A DNA stretch of 64,000 bases from Trichoplax adhaerens. Lineage: Eukaryota > Animalia > Placozoa. This document shows, piece after piece, positions 30,133 through 44,800 of this stretch. The notes under the pieces were generated by a model. That model saw nothing but the letters and a program-made list of their open reading frames with translations, did not search any database and was not told the origin of the DNA. Location: assembly GCF_000150275.1 (NCBI RefSeq), contig NW_002060946.1:6739855-6803854 (forward strand), given 5' to 3'. The translations under genes were made by a program, and so were the position numbers. The first letter of the stretch is position 1. The number at the start of each line of letters is the position of its first letter.

Positions 30133-30556
30133 GTTTTAATTCAGGATGTCGTTGTTTGAGCGGGCATACTGTATTTACTAGTACTAATTGTATTATTAGT
30201 AATTATTACTCCACGAGTAACGTTATCTAATTTTAGCTTTGTATAAGATAGAGCCAAGTCGCAGTTTTAATTTAGGATGTCGCAGTTTTAATTCAGGATG
30301 TCGTTGTTTGAGCAGGCATACTGTATTTAGTAGTACTAATTGTATTATTATGAATTATTACTCAACGAGTAACGTTATCCTATTTTAGCTTTGTATAAGG
30401 TAGAGCCAAGTCGCAGTTTTAATTTAGGATGTCGTTGTTTGAGCCGGCATACTGTATTTAGCAGTACTAATTGTATTATTATGAATTATTACTCAACGAG
30501 TAACGTTATCCTATTTTAACTTTGTATAAGATAGAGCCAAGTCGCAGTTTTAATTT
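30133..30556. repeat. ~133-bp tandem repeat x3 (one internal 19-bp stutter)
   Basis: GTTTTAATT.AGGATGTCGTTGTTTGAGC.GGCATACTGTATTTA..GTAACGTTATC..AGAGCCAAGTCGCAGTTTT repeated three times. Confidence 0.9.
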
Positions 30557-31593
30557 ACCCAAGTTTACTTTAAAAAGACTACTAGAAGTGACTGGAATAA
30601 TACAATGCGGTAGTCCAAGGCATTGCAGTGGACTATGGTAGAGCCATTTTGTATTAACTGGCCACTTTAATAAACTGCCTTTTACTGTTGAACAATTAAT
30701 CCGTGTCAACAATACATACTCCGACTACGTCATCTTATGCAATCACTTTAGTTGAAGAATATGTGGAATCATTTGGACGCAACCAATGTATTTAACAGTC
30801 CTAACCACACAATAGGGCAAAGAACAGCAAACAACAGTCATTTTTCGTTTCATCAGGCTGTTGTTTATTCTGCTATTGACTATTTTTATGTACTGTATGT
30901 TGATGGAGTGGCTAGAGAAGTATTTGCCGTGTAGACAACCATATTGATGAGTAATGCTGTTCTACTGGCGCATCATTACTGTCCATCAAGAAAGAGTAAA
31001 GTAGGATTAGAAGAGTATTGCTGACTAGGACTCCATGAGTAACGCGCCTACAAGAGAGGAATATACTGTAGCTTGTGTAGTGTGTCCCCCCAGTCGTTTT
31101 GATTTCATTGACGGTCAAAAGTTGCATTGAATTCAGAAAGTAGAAAGGTCCCACGTTAACCTCATGGCTGCATTTTCTTGTTGGAAGGGGCCCGGGGAGG
31201 GGAATGGTCAGACTTGACTGTGGACAGTAGGACGACACACAAGTCCAATCCTGTCAGTCTATGCCCTACAAATGGACTGGTAAATCATGATTGCATTTCA
31301 GCAACTTTGTCCAATCCAGTTTTTACTATTTGTCAGTCTGCTTGGCGATTTTTGTGATGCTTCTTCCTCCTCCATGTCGGCCCTACTGCTCTTGTAATAC
31401 TCGCTGTTATGCAGCCATTTGTATAGAAGAGTATGGGCAAACATCAACACAAGACGGTGACAGAGGTAAAAGTCGACTGTCACAACTAGCAAGTGAAGCT
31501 TTCAATTGACTTCACCCTAGTCGCCTTCAGGCAGGCAGTGAAGAGAATGGAGTTCGTGGTAAAACTTGTTTGTAACGGAGTTGTTTTTTTCTC

Positions 31594-31653
31594 CTGATTG
31601 GTGCAAAAAGTTTGACGTCATGGTTGCGTAGCAACAGGTGTGCTTCACGTGAA
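31594..31653. promoter_or_regulatory. Promoter module: inverted CCAAT (CTGATTGG), CRE (TGACGTCA), RFX X-box (GTTGCGTAGCAAC), palindromic E-box (TTCACGTGAA)
   Basis: CTGATTGG 31594-31601, TGACGTCA 31613-31620, GTTGCGTAGCAAC 31623-31635 and TTCACGTGAA 31644-31653 all fall within 60 bp of locally GC-richer DNA. A strong donor (G|GTAAGT, 32015/32016) and a polypyrimidine acceptor at ~32420 follow, upstream of the giant gene. Confidence 0.65.
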
Positions 31654-32849
31654 CCGTCAACCCGCCTCGTTCTCCTTTTGCCGTCATACTGTATCATCGC
31701 TAGCGCGTCTTATCCACTGTATGAGGAGAATGACAGCGTAGAATACATTCAAGTCAGACTGTATCATCTTGCACGTCTTTGACTGACTCATTATTTGCTA
31801 AAATCATTTTGACTTTGTAACGCTGAAAGAAAGGAAAAAAAAAATCCTCAATCAGCGAAAATTGGCTTATGTTAGCCACCAATTGATGCAAATTCAACCT
31901 TGAAATCGACTTAAAGTAGAAATTCACTAGTCTACTTTGCTACTTTTCAAATATTCAACTTGCTTTCATCTTGCAAGTGATATCGACGTCTAATCAAGCG
32001 CAGTATCGGAGTTTTGGTAAGTACTTACACGAGATGATCCGACGCTTGTTGAACATTTTTGCGGCTAGTTCATTAGTCAAAGAACGTAGCCAACAATTTT
32101 TTGTATAGGGTTCAATTCAATTTTATCCTAGTAGTTTAGCACTTTCAATGTAGATTGTCTATAGTTCATGTCCAATTTGTGTAGAAGAGAGAGAGCGATG
32201 GATGTAGACAATGTCACTCATAACATGATCCAAGTGATACGTCTTGATCCATATCTATAGTTATATTGATAACGATAACAACACATTGGTTCAATTCACT
32301 TTTTCAAACTCTTCAATTTCTTTTTCCTTTTGACTTAATCCATATTAATCGACTTGAAATAATAATGACATCTGTCGCTTATTGATACAATCTCGATTTC
32401 CTTCATTTTTTTCATCCTAGAATACCTTAGATGATCTTCTTGATCTATCGATACTGTAGATATACTGAAATAGCTATTATAACTGGCTATTTCTACATGA
32501 TGATTGCTAAATAATTGTGATTAATGACCAGATTGAAACATGACTGTAGTTAATGTTGTTGGATAATGATATAGACGTACATATGGAAGTATTCTACAGA
32601 ATATCTCATTATACGTGTATTACTATCTTATGAAATACATTGGATAAACCACTACGAATTTTCCATTAACAGTATGCTACATTGGTATAATCCAATCGTT
32701 AATGCACTTAGCGTAATCGTGAAAATACACTTTATACGAACCAACAATCGTGTAGCATTTCTCTAGCTACTAAACATAAAATTAGTATCTCACAGATTTC
32801 ATTCGCACATATCTTAATTTACATATCATTACTAATCCCATTGATTTAG

Positions 32850-35800
32850 TTGTCCTGGTGGCGGATCGGGTAAATTATCATGCCTAGCGGGTACATTTAA
32901 TGACCAACCTGGACAGACTAACGAGACTGCTTGTCAGGTACACATTTATTTAAACTGAAATCGATGTATCCCTGTTGTAACTTACAGTTGGAAGTCATTT
33001 CAATTCGATTTGTTGTACTGTAATAGATTGAAAGTTGTATCAAGCTGTAATTGTAAACAGTATTACTGTATAATTGTCGTGTTGTTGCAAATTTTAGACT
33101 TGTCCCACAGGCTTTGTTAGCTTGACACCTGGCCAGAGTAAATGTGAAGCTTGTCCCGCAGGATATTACTGCCTTAATGAGACAGCATCACCATCACCAT
33201 GTGATATTGGAACTTTTTCTGTTGGCCAACAAACAGCTTGTACTCCATGTCCATTAGGACAGTATTGCCCAACAACAAATATGAATACTACTTATCCCTG
33301 CCCAAGTGGTTATTACGCAGATAGTATAAATTCATCTTTATGTACTCAATGCCCAGCTGGTAGTATGTGCTCGAACCCAGCGGCTTCACCTGTTAGTTGC
33401 CTAAGCGGTCAATATAGCAGCGCTGGATCAATAACTTGTGAGCTATGTCCAGATGGTTATAACTGTACATCGACCTCAGCAGTATCTCTATGCGACCCTG
33501 GATATTATTCAACTTTAGGCGAGGCAGGTTGTACTGCTTGTCCTCTTGGTAATTATTGTCCATCATCTGGAATGAATTTTACTATACCCTGCCCAAGTGG
33601 TTATTACGCAGATAGTACAAGTTCATCTTCATGTACTCAATGCCCAGCTGGTAGTGCGTGCTCGAACCCAGCGGCTTCACCTGTTAGTTGCCCAAGCGGT
33701 CAATATAGCAGTGACGGATCAATAACTTGTGAACTATGTCCAGCTGGTTATAACTGTACATTAACTTCAGTAATATCTCTATGCGACCCTGGATATTATT
33801 CAACTTTAGGCGAGGCAGGTTGTACAGCTTGTCCTCTTGGTAATTATTGTCCATCATCTGGAATGAATTTTACTATACCCTGCCCAAGCGGTTATTACGC
33901 AGATAGTACAAGTTCTACTTCATGTACTCAATGCCCAGCTGGTAGTGCGTGCTCGAACTCAGCGGCTTCACCTGTTGGTTGCCCAAGCGGTCAATATAGT
34001 AGTGACGGATCAGTAACTTGTGAACTATGTCCAGCTGGTTATAACTGTACATTAACTTCAGTAATATCTCTATGCGACCCTGGATATTATTCAACTTTAG
34101 GCGAGGCAGGTTGTACAGCTTGTCCTCTTGGTAATTATTGTCCATCATCTGGAATGAATTTTACTATACCATGCTCAAGTGGTTACTATGCGGATACAGT
34201 CGGTTCTAGTAACTGTACAGTCTGTCCAGCAGGAAGTAAATGTCCTGATCCTACTGTTGCTCCTGTACCATGTAATAGTGGATATTACAGCTTGGATAGC
34301 TTTGATGTTTGTGTATTATGTCCATCCGGTTATGAATGTACAACCACAAGTTCAGCGCCTGTTCAATGCTTACCTGGAACTTATGCAGTTAATGGATCTA
34401 CTGCATGTGCGGGCTGTAGTGCTGGCTACTATTGCCCTGTCAGTGGTATTTCTGAACAATTACCATGTGCAAGTGGAACTTATGCAAACACCACCAATCT
34501 ATTAAACTGTACCTCATGCCCTTCTGGCTACAAATGTCCAGATGTGGCATTAACACCTGTAGAATGTGGCGCTGGATTCTATAGTAGTAGCGGCTCAATA
34601 AGTTGTACATCTTGCCCAGAAGGGTATAAATGTGGTGATACTATAACTATTACACCGGTGCAATGCAGCTCTGGAGAATACGCTCCTGTTGGATCGTCTA
34701 CCTGTCATACTTGTCCAGCGGGTTCATATTGTCCTGATCCACCACGTGCAGCTCCAATTGCCTGCCCTTCTGGCTGGTATCAAACATCAACTGGACAAAC
34801 TGCTTGCAGTGAATGTAATGCTGGATCTCAATGTCCTAATGCAACGCAAGCTCCTGACCCTTGTGCAGCTGGTTATTTTTCTCCTATTGCCGGTGCAACT
34901 AATTGCCAAGAATGTCCAAAAGGCACCTACAATAAAAATACACAACAACTGTCCTGTAATGAATGTCCGGTGGGATCAAGATGTCCTTTCAAAGATTTAG
35001 ATCCAATTGCATGTGGGACTGGTCAGTATTCTCCCAAAAATTCTGAAGTATGCTTAAGTTGTCCAGCTGGTGTTGCATGTAGTGCTTCATCGTCAACTCC
35101 AACACCGTGCAACCAGGGTCAATATTCCAATTCTACACATTGTGTCGATTGTCCAACAGGAAATTATTGTCCTTCTCCTAGTGGTAGCCCGGTTACATGC
35201 GCTGATGGTACATACGCAGATACAACTGGTAATGTCCAATGTACAGCTTGCCCAGCTGGGTATTCTTGCTTAGATGTATCAAGTGCACCAGTTCAGTGTA
35301 CAGCTGGTTACTACAGCTTAACGGCTACTCGCGATTGTACTCAATGCCCAACTGGCCAATACAGCTCAGATGGAGCAAGTTCATGTCAATTTTGCCCTGC
35401 TGGAAAATACTGTATCAATGGTACAACATCAATTTCACCTACTGACTGCCCTACTGGTACTTATTCACCTGATGGTGTCGGCTACTGTTCTCCTTGCGCT
35501 TTAGGAACATATTCAAGTGGTACTGGAGCTCACTTTTGTTCGATATGCCCACTGGGTTTTCAATGTATCAACGTCGATCAAACACCATCCGCTTGCTACC
35601 CTGGAGAATGGAGCGCTGAGGGCGAATATCTATGTGCACCGTGTCCAGCAGGTCATCGATGCCCAACTTCTGATAAGCCTCCTATACCTTGTGCATCTGG
35701 AACATATTCTCCACTAAATGCCACTTCATGTACAGACTGCCCAGCTGGCCATTCATGCGTAACCCCTAGTAATCTACCTGAAGCTTGTACTTCTACTCAA

Positions 35801-38800
35801 TATAGTGCAATTGGATCTGCGATTTGCAGTCCATGCCCAGCTGGCAAATATTGTAGCAATGTTGCTGCATTTGATTGTAACTCAGGCGAATATTCATTAC
35901 TTGACGAAATGAATTGTACAATTTGCCCTTCAGGATACTCATGCGCTAGTAAAGATTTAGCCCCGGTACAGTGTAATTTAGGTCAAACGACTGGAGGATT
36001 ACAAGGCCAAGTAACTTGTACCGATTGTACTACTGGCTACTATTGTGCAGATCCAACATTGGCGCAACAACCTTGCCCCTCCGGTTATTACAGCGCTGCC
36101 AAAGCACCTAACTGTACTGAATGCCCTGCAGGTTATTACTGTACTGATGCTACTGCTCCACCTCTTCCATGTCAACCTGGATCATACAGTATCTTTCCGA
36201 GAACATCGTGCACTCAGTGTCCTGCTGGTTATGCTTGCGCATCGACGTCTGATATCTCATTAGTTACTGAATGTCAACCGGGCACTTATGCTGACGGCAA
36301 TGATACTTTTTGTACACATTGCCCTGCAGGAAAATATTGTCCAAATACTGCACAAGCTCTAGAAATTGATTGTACTGCTGGATCTTATAGTACAGGAAGC
36401 CAACAATACTGTACAGAATGTCCAGGTGGCTGGCAATGTCCAAATGTTTTTGGAACTGCCAATGCGAAATGTCTTCCCGGTTATTATGCCCCTGGAAATG
36501 CAACTGCTTGCACACAATGTCCTGCTACTTATGCCTGCCCTTACACAGAAACTAATATGACTTTAACTTGCCAACCAGGTACATATTCAGCAGTGGGACA
36601 ACAGAGTTGTTCAGTTTGCCCTCCAGGTTATCAGTGTCCAAATACTGATGGAACAAGTATTACTATATGTGCTGCCGGTACCTATAGTGTTGGAAATCAA
36701 GCTGCCTGTACTCCTTGCCCGGCTGGTTTTGCTTGTCCAAACTTTTTTGATAACTTTGTTATACAATGTCCTGTAGGTACTTACTCAGTTGGTAATCAAC
36801 CATCGTGTTTACCTTGTCCACCAGGCTCTTCATGTCAAAATACTAGCACAGCTCCAGTTGCATGTGCTGCCGGAACTTACTCACTAGATTACGATACAGG
36901 ATGTTATCCTTGTCCAGCTGGCTCATCCTGTAATGATCCAACACAAAGACCTGTATTATGTCCTGCGCTAAAATATAGTAATCATTCTGCTACACAATGC
37001 ATAGATTGCGATCTTGGTTACTTGTGCCTTGAAGGAAGTAATAATCCTAGACCTACTAACAACATTTGTCCACTTGGTTATTATTGCGAAATTAATGTTG
37101 CGGGTATACAAGTTAAAGTTCCTTGCCCTGCTAATACCTACGGTAATCATTCAGGTCAAACATTAGTCGGCCAATGTGTCACATGTCCTGCTGGCTATTT
37201 CTGTCCAGCTGCTACCCCTGGTGTTCCTACGTATCACCTCATTTGTCCTCGCGGTTACTACTGTCCCGCCGGTAGCGGTAAGCAGTTGTGTCCTGATGGA
37301 ACTTATGGCGATAGTCTTGGACTTCAAGCTTCTAGCGAATGTAAAGACTGTCCTGCTGGTAGATACTGTAAAGCTGGATCACGCTACCCTGGACTCCCAT
37401 GTCCAAAAGGAAGTTATTGTCCAGCCAAAACAGGCGCAACTCCTAATCAATGCAATAGTGGTACATATACAGAACAAGAAGGAAGTACATGTAAGTCAAT
37501 TATTAATCATCTCTATTATTTTTTCGTAATAATGATGACAACAATGATAATATTGCTATAATTACTATATTAATTGATAAATTTATGTATAATATACTTG
37601 TCGTACAGTGTTTCGTATAAGAGTTAATAATGTAAACAAAAATTTATTATTAACTGTTAGTAGCTATAATATAAAATTACATAGTTGATCGATTAATACG
37701 AATACTTATTACTTTTTTTAGCGATTGCCGAATGTAAAACATGTCCAACTGGTCACTACTGTACTCAAGGTACAGATTCACCAACCCCCTGCAAGGCGGG
37801 ATCATTTAATGCTTGGGTAGGTCAGGGAGCAGAATCGGATTGTCAGTCTTGTCTGGCTGGACAAGCTTGTCCAATTGCTGGTTTAGTTCGCCCTACATTA
37901 GGCTGTTATCCTGGCTACTATTGTCCAGCTGGATCTATCTTACCCAATGATACGCGTTACGCATGTCCAGCTGGTACTTACTCTAATTATAACAATTTAA
38001 CAGCATGGCAACAATGTCTACCGTGCCCTGCCGGTCAAGCCTGCCCTAAAGGTACAGGTGGTCGACAGAAACCTCCTGAGCCATGTGCACCTGGCCATTA
38101 CTGCCAACAAGGAACACAATTTGCATCGCAGTTTGCATGCCCTGCTGGTACATATGCCAACTTAACAAATTTGAAAGCTGCTGCCGATTGCTACGTATGC
38201 CCAAGTGGTTGGTATTGTTCACCTGGTTCAGCAACGCCCACCGCGTTATGCTATCCTGGTCATTACTGTCCAGCCGGTACAAAATTAGCTGTTGATAATC
38301 CATGTCCAGCTGGTACATATTCTGAAAGTTATGGCAATTCTCGTATTGAAGCTTGCAAACGATGCTTGCCTGGACACTATTGTCCTGCTGGATCCAGTAC
38401 AACGACACCTTGCCCTCAAGGAAGATATTCTAAAAAGTATAGCAATGGAAAATTAGAAGACTGTGATGTTTGTATAGCAGGTTATTCATGTGGAGGTACA
38501 GGAAATGTTGATCCTAAAGAGTGTGGCAAAGGTAACTATTCAGACAGTGGAGCATGGATTTGCTCACCTTGCAAATCAGGCCATTACTGTAACTCCAATC
38601 ATACTTCTCAAAGTGATATGCTTACTAAATTGATTTGTGGTGCGGGAATGTGGTGCAAAGAAGGACGATCAACAGCACCAAATTTAGTTGATGACGCTTG
38701 TCCATCTGGGTATTACTGTGTTACTGGAGATAAAGCTGGTGACCCGTTGCCATGTCCTAATGGAACTTACAATCCTGTAACAGGTAGAAAAGCTCTTAGC

Positions 38801-41800
38801 GATTGCGTTACCTGTCCTCCTGGCAAGTATTGTTCACCTCCTGGTCTATCTCAACCAGCTGGTGATTGTTCTCGTGGCCATTACTGCCCAGCTGCTAGTT
38901 GGGTACCAACGCAAATACCATGCCCAAGAGGATTTTACTTAAATTTAACTGGCGCTGCTAATATTGATGCATGCACTGTTTGTTTATCTGGAGGCTACTG
39001 TGATAAACCAGGTCTAGAATTACCTGTGATATGTCCGAAAGGGCACTTCTGTGAAACAGGTGTTACTGCTCCCCAACCATGTTATATTGGTACCTATGGA
39101 CCTGTAGAAGGTATTAAACGTAGTCAAGATTGCTCACCTTGTTCGGGAGGTTATTACTGTGAAGGATTTGGATTATCAAAACCAACAGATATTTGTGACG
39201 CTGGTTTCTACTGCAGAGAAAAAGCATACACTTCAGCACCTCCAGATGGACCAACTGGTGGTTTATGTCCAGCAGGTGGTTATTGTCCAGCTGGAACACC
39301 AGTGCCGCAAAATTGTCCAGTTGGTACTTACAGTAATTCTAGTGGTTCAAAAGATCCTCGCGATTGTTTCGATTGTGATCCTGGCTATTATTGTGCCGGC
39401 GATAATAATCCTCATCCAACAGGTCCTTGTGAAGCTGGTTTCTATTGCACAGGTAAAGCTGCTAAACCAACACAACATGATACGCCAGCTGGTCATTATA
39501 CTAAGGCTGCAGCTACACATCCTGAACCATGTGCATCTGGCTCATTCCAGCATTCAAACAATTCTGAGCACTGTATTATATGTCCGATGAGGCATTACTG
39601 TAATGGCACTGGCCTGACAGTAATGAAAATATGCGATCCTGGCCACTATTGTCCGTACAATAGTTCACTTCCCACACCTTGCCCGAATGGAACTTACGCT
39701 ACTAGTACTGGTAACGCTTTCGTCACAGAATGCGATCTATGTGATGCTGGAAAGTATTGTGGATCATGGGGATTGGCATTACCTTCAGGTGCTTGTGCTG
39801 CTGGGTTTTATTGCTTATTAGGTTCAGCAACTCCAATTCCGGGCAATAGTGGAACTGATACAGAAGTTGGAGGAGTATGTCCAGCTGGTCACTTCTGTCC
39901 TGAAGGCACAAAGACTAAATTTGAAAATCCTTGCGGTAATGGAACCTATAATAATGTCACTCAACGAACATCTATAGATGATTGTTTAGCTTGTCCACCT
40001 GGTAAAGCTTGTACAGCTCCTGGACTTGCATATCCAAATGAAGACTGTGCTCCAGGTTATTACTGTATAGCAAGAGCAAATACTACTAAACCGATCGATG
40101 GAGTAACAGGATCATTTTGTACTGAAGGCCATTATTGCCCTGGAGGTTCATCTGCACCTTTACGTTGTCTGGATGGAACTTACAATAATGTAACACATCA
40201 ATCTACATGCTTTACATGTCCTGCTGGATACTTCTGCGATGGTTCTATCTTGCCACAAGTCTGTCCTAGAGGAAGGTACTGTCCCGCGGGTACAGGAGCT
40301 AATTCTCCATTGTGTCCTCCTGGTACGTACAATTCGGAGTACGGACTAAAATCTGTAGATGAATGTTTACCATGTCAAGCTGGTTGGTATTGTGCTGGTT
40401 ATGGTATTATCGACTTTTTTATTGCCAATCAAAGTATAGGATTGTGCGATGCTGGCTTTTATTGTGTCAGTGGTGTTAACGTTAGTAAACCGGTATCTGG
40501 AGCACATACCGGTATTGGAGGTGTATGTCCTCCAGGATATTACTGTCCAGCAGGAACTAGTGTACCTAAAGGTTGTCCTCCTGGAACCTATTCTGCTAAT
40601 TCTCAATTAGAGCATGCCGATAATTGTACACAGTGTGAGTATGGAAAGTATTGTTCAGGTTACAACTCGACAGAACCTGTCGGTCCTTGCGATCCTGGCT
40701 TTTACTGTTTGAGAGGATCCACAACGCCAAATCCGCCAACTGTTACAGAAATTGGTGGTCCTTGCCCGGTTGGTCGTTATTGTGAATCTGGGACATCATA
40801 TCCTAAACCTTGTAATGCTGGATCTTATAATAACATCAGTGGACAGGCTATTTGTTTTGCATGTCCCAGTAGCTTCTACTGTCCGGAAAATTCAACAACA
40901 TATTCTAGCAATATCTGTCCTATTGGCCATTACTGTCCAACTGGTACAAAATATGCAACCGAATATCCATGTCCTCGAGGCTACTTTAGAAATGTTACAG
41001 CCGGTCATTCAGTTAGTGATTGTTACGCTTGTCCTGGTGGCTGGTATTGTAACGGTGAGGGACTTATTAGTGCTACCGGTAAATGTGACGCTGGATACTT
41101 TTGTAGTCTAGCCGCTTGGTCGCCAAAGCCAACAGATTTCAATGTTAGTGAAAGTTGCAATGGATGCTTATGCCCAACAAATGTTACTGGTGGATTATGT
41201 CCTGCTGGTTACTACTGTCCATTTGGTTCACCCGAGCCGATACCTTGCCCTGGGGGTTACTTCTGTTTAGATAACGGTCTTACCAATTACACTGGCTTAT
41301 GTAGTGCAGGATATTACTGCAGCAGTGCCGCAAAGATACCCAATCCAACAGATGGTACAACTGGAGATAGATGCCCGGCAGGTCATTACTGTCTATCGGG
41401 AACTAGCGTACCTAAACCTTGCCCTGCTGGCACCTTTTCAAATTCATTGGGAAATACAGCATTATCTGATTGTCAATCGTGTACTAAAGGATATTATTGC
41501 AATACAACTGCTCTTACTACACCTAGTGGGCAATGCCGTGCAGGTTATTACTGTCCTGCAGGACAATCTATCGATAATCCATTCCCATGCCCACCAGGTA
41601 ATTATTGCCTCGCAGGTTCATTTGAAGGTAGCGCTTGTCCACCTGGGCAGTATCAAAATTTACCTGGCCAGTCTGCCTGTAAACCATGCGTAGCAGGCTA
41701 TTATTGTGATCCTCAATATCCGTTAGATGATTATTCTCCTTACAAATGTCCTGCTGGTTTTTACTGTCCACAAAGTACTCCTTATGGAAATCGTTACAGT

Positions 41801-44800
41801 TGTCCGAATGGTACATATTCTGCTTCCCAGCAATTAACGCAACCGGAAGATTGTACTCCATGTGATCCTGGTAAATATTGCAACGGAATTGGACGAACCA
41901 GTCCCAATGCTAACTGCAATGCTGGCTTTTACTGTAGCGGAGGGGCATTCACTCCGTCACCTAACGATGGTACTACTGGATATTCATGTCCAATAGGTCA
42001 TTATTGTCCTACCGGTGCCACCATACCATTGAAATGTTCAGCTGGTACATTCTCCAATGTTACTGGCCTGAAGAATGCTTTAGAATGCTTCAATTGTACA
42101 GCAGGAAAGTATTGCGGAGAAGACGGTCTCACTAAACCATCAGGAGACTGTTATGGTGGATTCTTTTGTACTAGTGGCGCTTCGACACCATCGCCAACTG
42201 ATGGAATAACTGGGAATAAATGCAGTGCTGGACATTATTGTCCTAATGGTACAGCCGTCGAGAAAGCATGTTTACCAGGAACTTACACAACTCAAACACA
42301 AGCATATGAATGTTTAGCATGCCCAAGCGGTAAATATTGTGTTGATGGTTTAGTACCTGCTGATTGTCCGGAGGGATTCTTTTGCCCTAGTAACACCGGT
42401 TATAATTGGAAGAGCTGTCCTACAGGAACATTTAGCAATCAACGTGGATTACTTAACGATTCTCAATGTGAAAGTTGTACCGCCGGTAATTACTGCGACA
42501 AGCTCAATGCCACCGCACCAAGTGGTAGCTGTGATTCTGGCTACTTTTGTAAATCTGGTTCCGACACCAAAACTCCAGATGGCGTAACAAATAAGGGAAA
42601 TGCAGGTATATGCCCACCTGGCTCATATTGTCTAGCTTCCACTAGCCAGCCTCAGCCCTGTCCGATGGGTACATACTCGAATAAAAGTGTCTTAACTCAT
42701 GTTGATAACTGTACACTGTGTTCATATGGTAAATACTGTGGTGAAACTGGATTGACTAAACCTAGCGGTGATTGTTGGGGAGGATTCTACTGTCTGCTAG
42801 GAGCTAAGTATCCTAATAATCCTAATGAAGATAGCACTGGTGGCCCATGCCCAATTGGACGTTACTGCTTTAATGGTACATCACGTCCTCTTGGATGTGC
42901 GGCTGGCACGTACAATAATTTAACCGGGCAGTCAGACTGTACTACTTGTCCGGCTGGCTATTATTGCTTAGAAAATTCTACTACGTATGAAAATACTCCA
43001 TGTCCAGAAGGTTATTATTGCTTAGAGGGCACGAAAGAACCGTACCAATATGGTTGTCCTAAAGGTTATTATAATAGCTATAAGATGAAGACTGATGCTT
43101 CAGGATGTACTCCATGTGATCCTGGTAAGGTATGTCCAACAGAGGGCTTGACAGCTCCAACCCAAAATTGTAGCGCTGGGTGGTTCTGCATACGAGGGGC
43201 CTGGTCTACTACTCCTGCCGATCTTGGATCTTCTAATAGTACTGGATGTTTCTGCTCTAATTCAACAACTGGCGGTCAATGCGAAATAGGGTATTACTGC
43301 CCAGCTGGATCTAATCAAATGATACCATGTAGTTCAGGCTATTACTGCGACAAGGTAGGTCTAACACAACCGACGGGAAAATGTAAAGAAGGCTACTTCT
43401 GTATACAAGGTGCTACCGTTGCAGATCCTACAGATAAGATCACTGGAGATGTTTGTCCACTTGGCCACTATTGTCCAGATGGAACACTAGTACCTGTTAA
43501 ATGTGGACCTGGTACTTTCTCTAACACAACAGGCAATACTAATTCATCTGGTTGTCAGTTATGTCCAGCAGGAAAATATTGCCCAGGCAGTGGAAACGCG
43601 GAACCTTTTGGTGATTGTAGTGGCGGCTATTACTGCCCAGCTGGCCAATCTACTGCCACTCCCTCAGATTATCAATGCCAACCAGGAGGCTATTGTACAG
43701 CTGGATCAGCTAATCAAATTCCTTGCTCTCCAGGAACCTATCAAAATGAAATGGCCCAAATATCTTGTAAATCTTGCCCGACAGGTTACTACTGTGATGG
43801 ATTTGTTCTAAATGCGACTCATTGTACGCACGGTGTCCAATTTCCAACGATATGTCCTACCGGTAGTTTCTGCCCTGTTGGAACTAGATTTGGTGATGAA
43901 TTTAAATGTCCTAAAGGTACATATAATAATCTAACAGGTCTACAGCTACAAAGCGAATGTCAACCATGTCAACCTGGTAAATACTGTGGTACAGCAGGAT
44001 TATCAACATGGACCGGTGATTGTAATGCTGGTTATTATTGCTTACAAAATGCTTCAACTCCAGAGCCTACCGATGGGATCACGGGATCTAAATGCCCTGT
44101 TGGTAACTATTGTCCTAAAGGTGCTACATCACCGAAAGGATGCCCATCAGGAACTTATAATCCAACGGAAGGATTAGCCGATGTGACACAATGTAAATCT
44201 TGCGATCCGGGAAGTTATTGTGGTAGTTCTGGACAATCTGTGACATCAGGCAACTGTACTGCAGGATTTTACTGCCTTGGCAATGCTACCGTTGGTAATC
44301 CAATAGATGGCATTACTGGTGGTATATGTTGGCGTGGACATTACTGCCCGCCTGGTAGTTCTTCTCCAGTCCCATGTAACCATGGTTATTATTCTAACGT
44401 AACACAGAGTAAAGAATGCAATATCTGTCCTGCAGGTTACCTATGTACAACTGGTACCGATCCTGAAATTTGCCCCACCGGATTCTACTGCCCTGAAGGT
44501 ACCGGTATAAATCCACGACCGTGTCCACCTGGAACGTTCAACCCTAATAAAGGTATTAAAGATGTATCTGAGTGTACTAGTTGTTCCGGTGGTTACTACT
44601 GTTCAAGTTTCAATGGTAGTTTCGAGACTGGAAAGTGTTCAGCAGGTTATTTCTGTGCTAATGGATCTAATACAAATCAACCAAATGAATTTACTCTTGG
44701 TAAAGGAGGTATATGTCCAGCTGGTTATTATTGTGAATTAGGTACGCAAGATCCAAATCCATGCCCTAGTGGTACATTTTCTAATAAAACCGGATTAACA

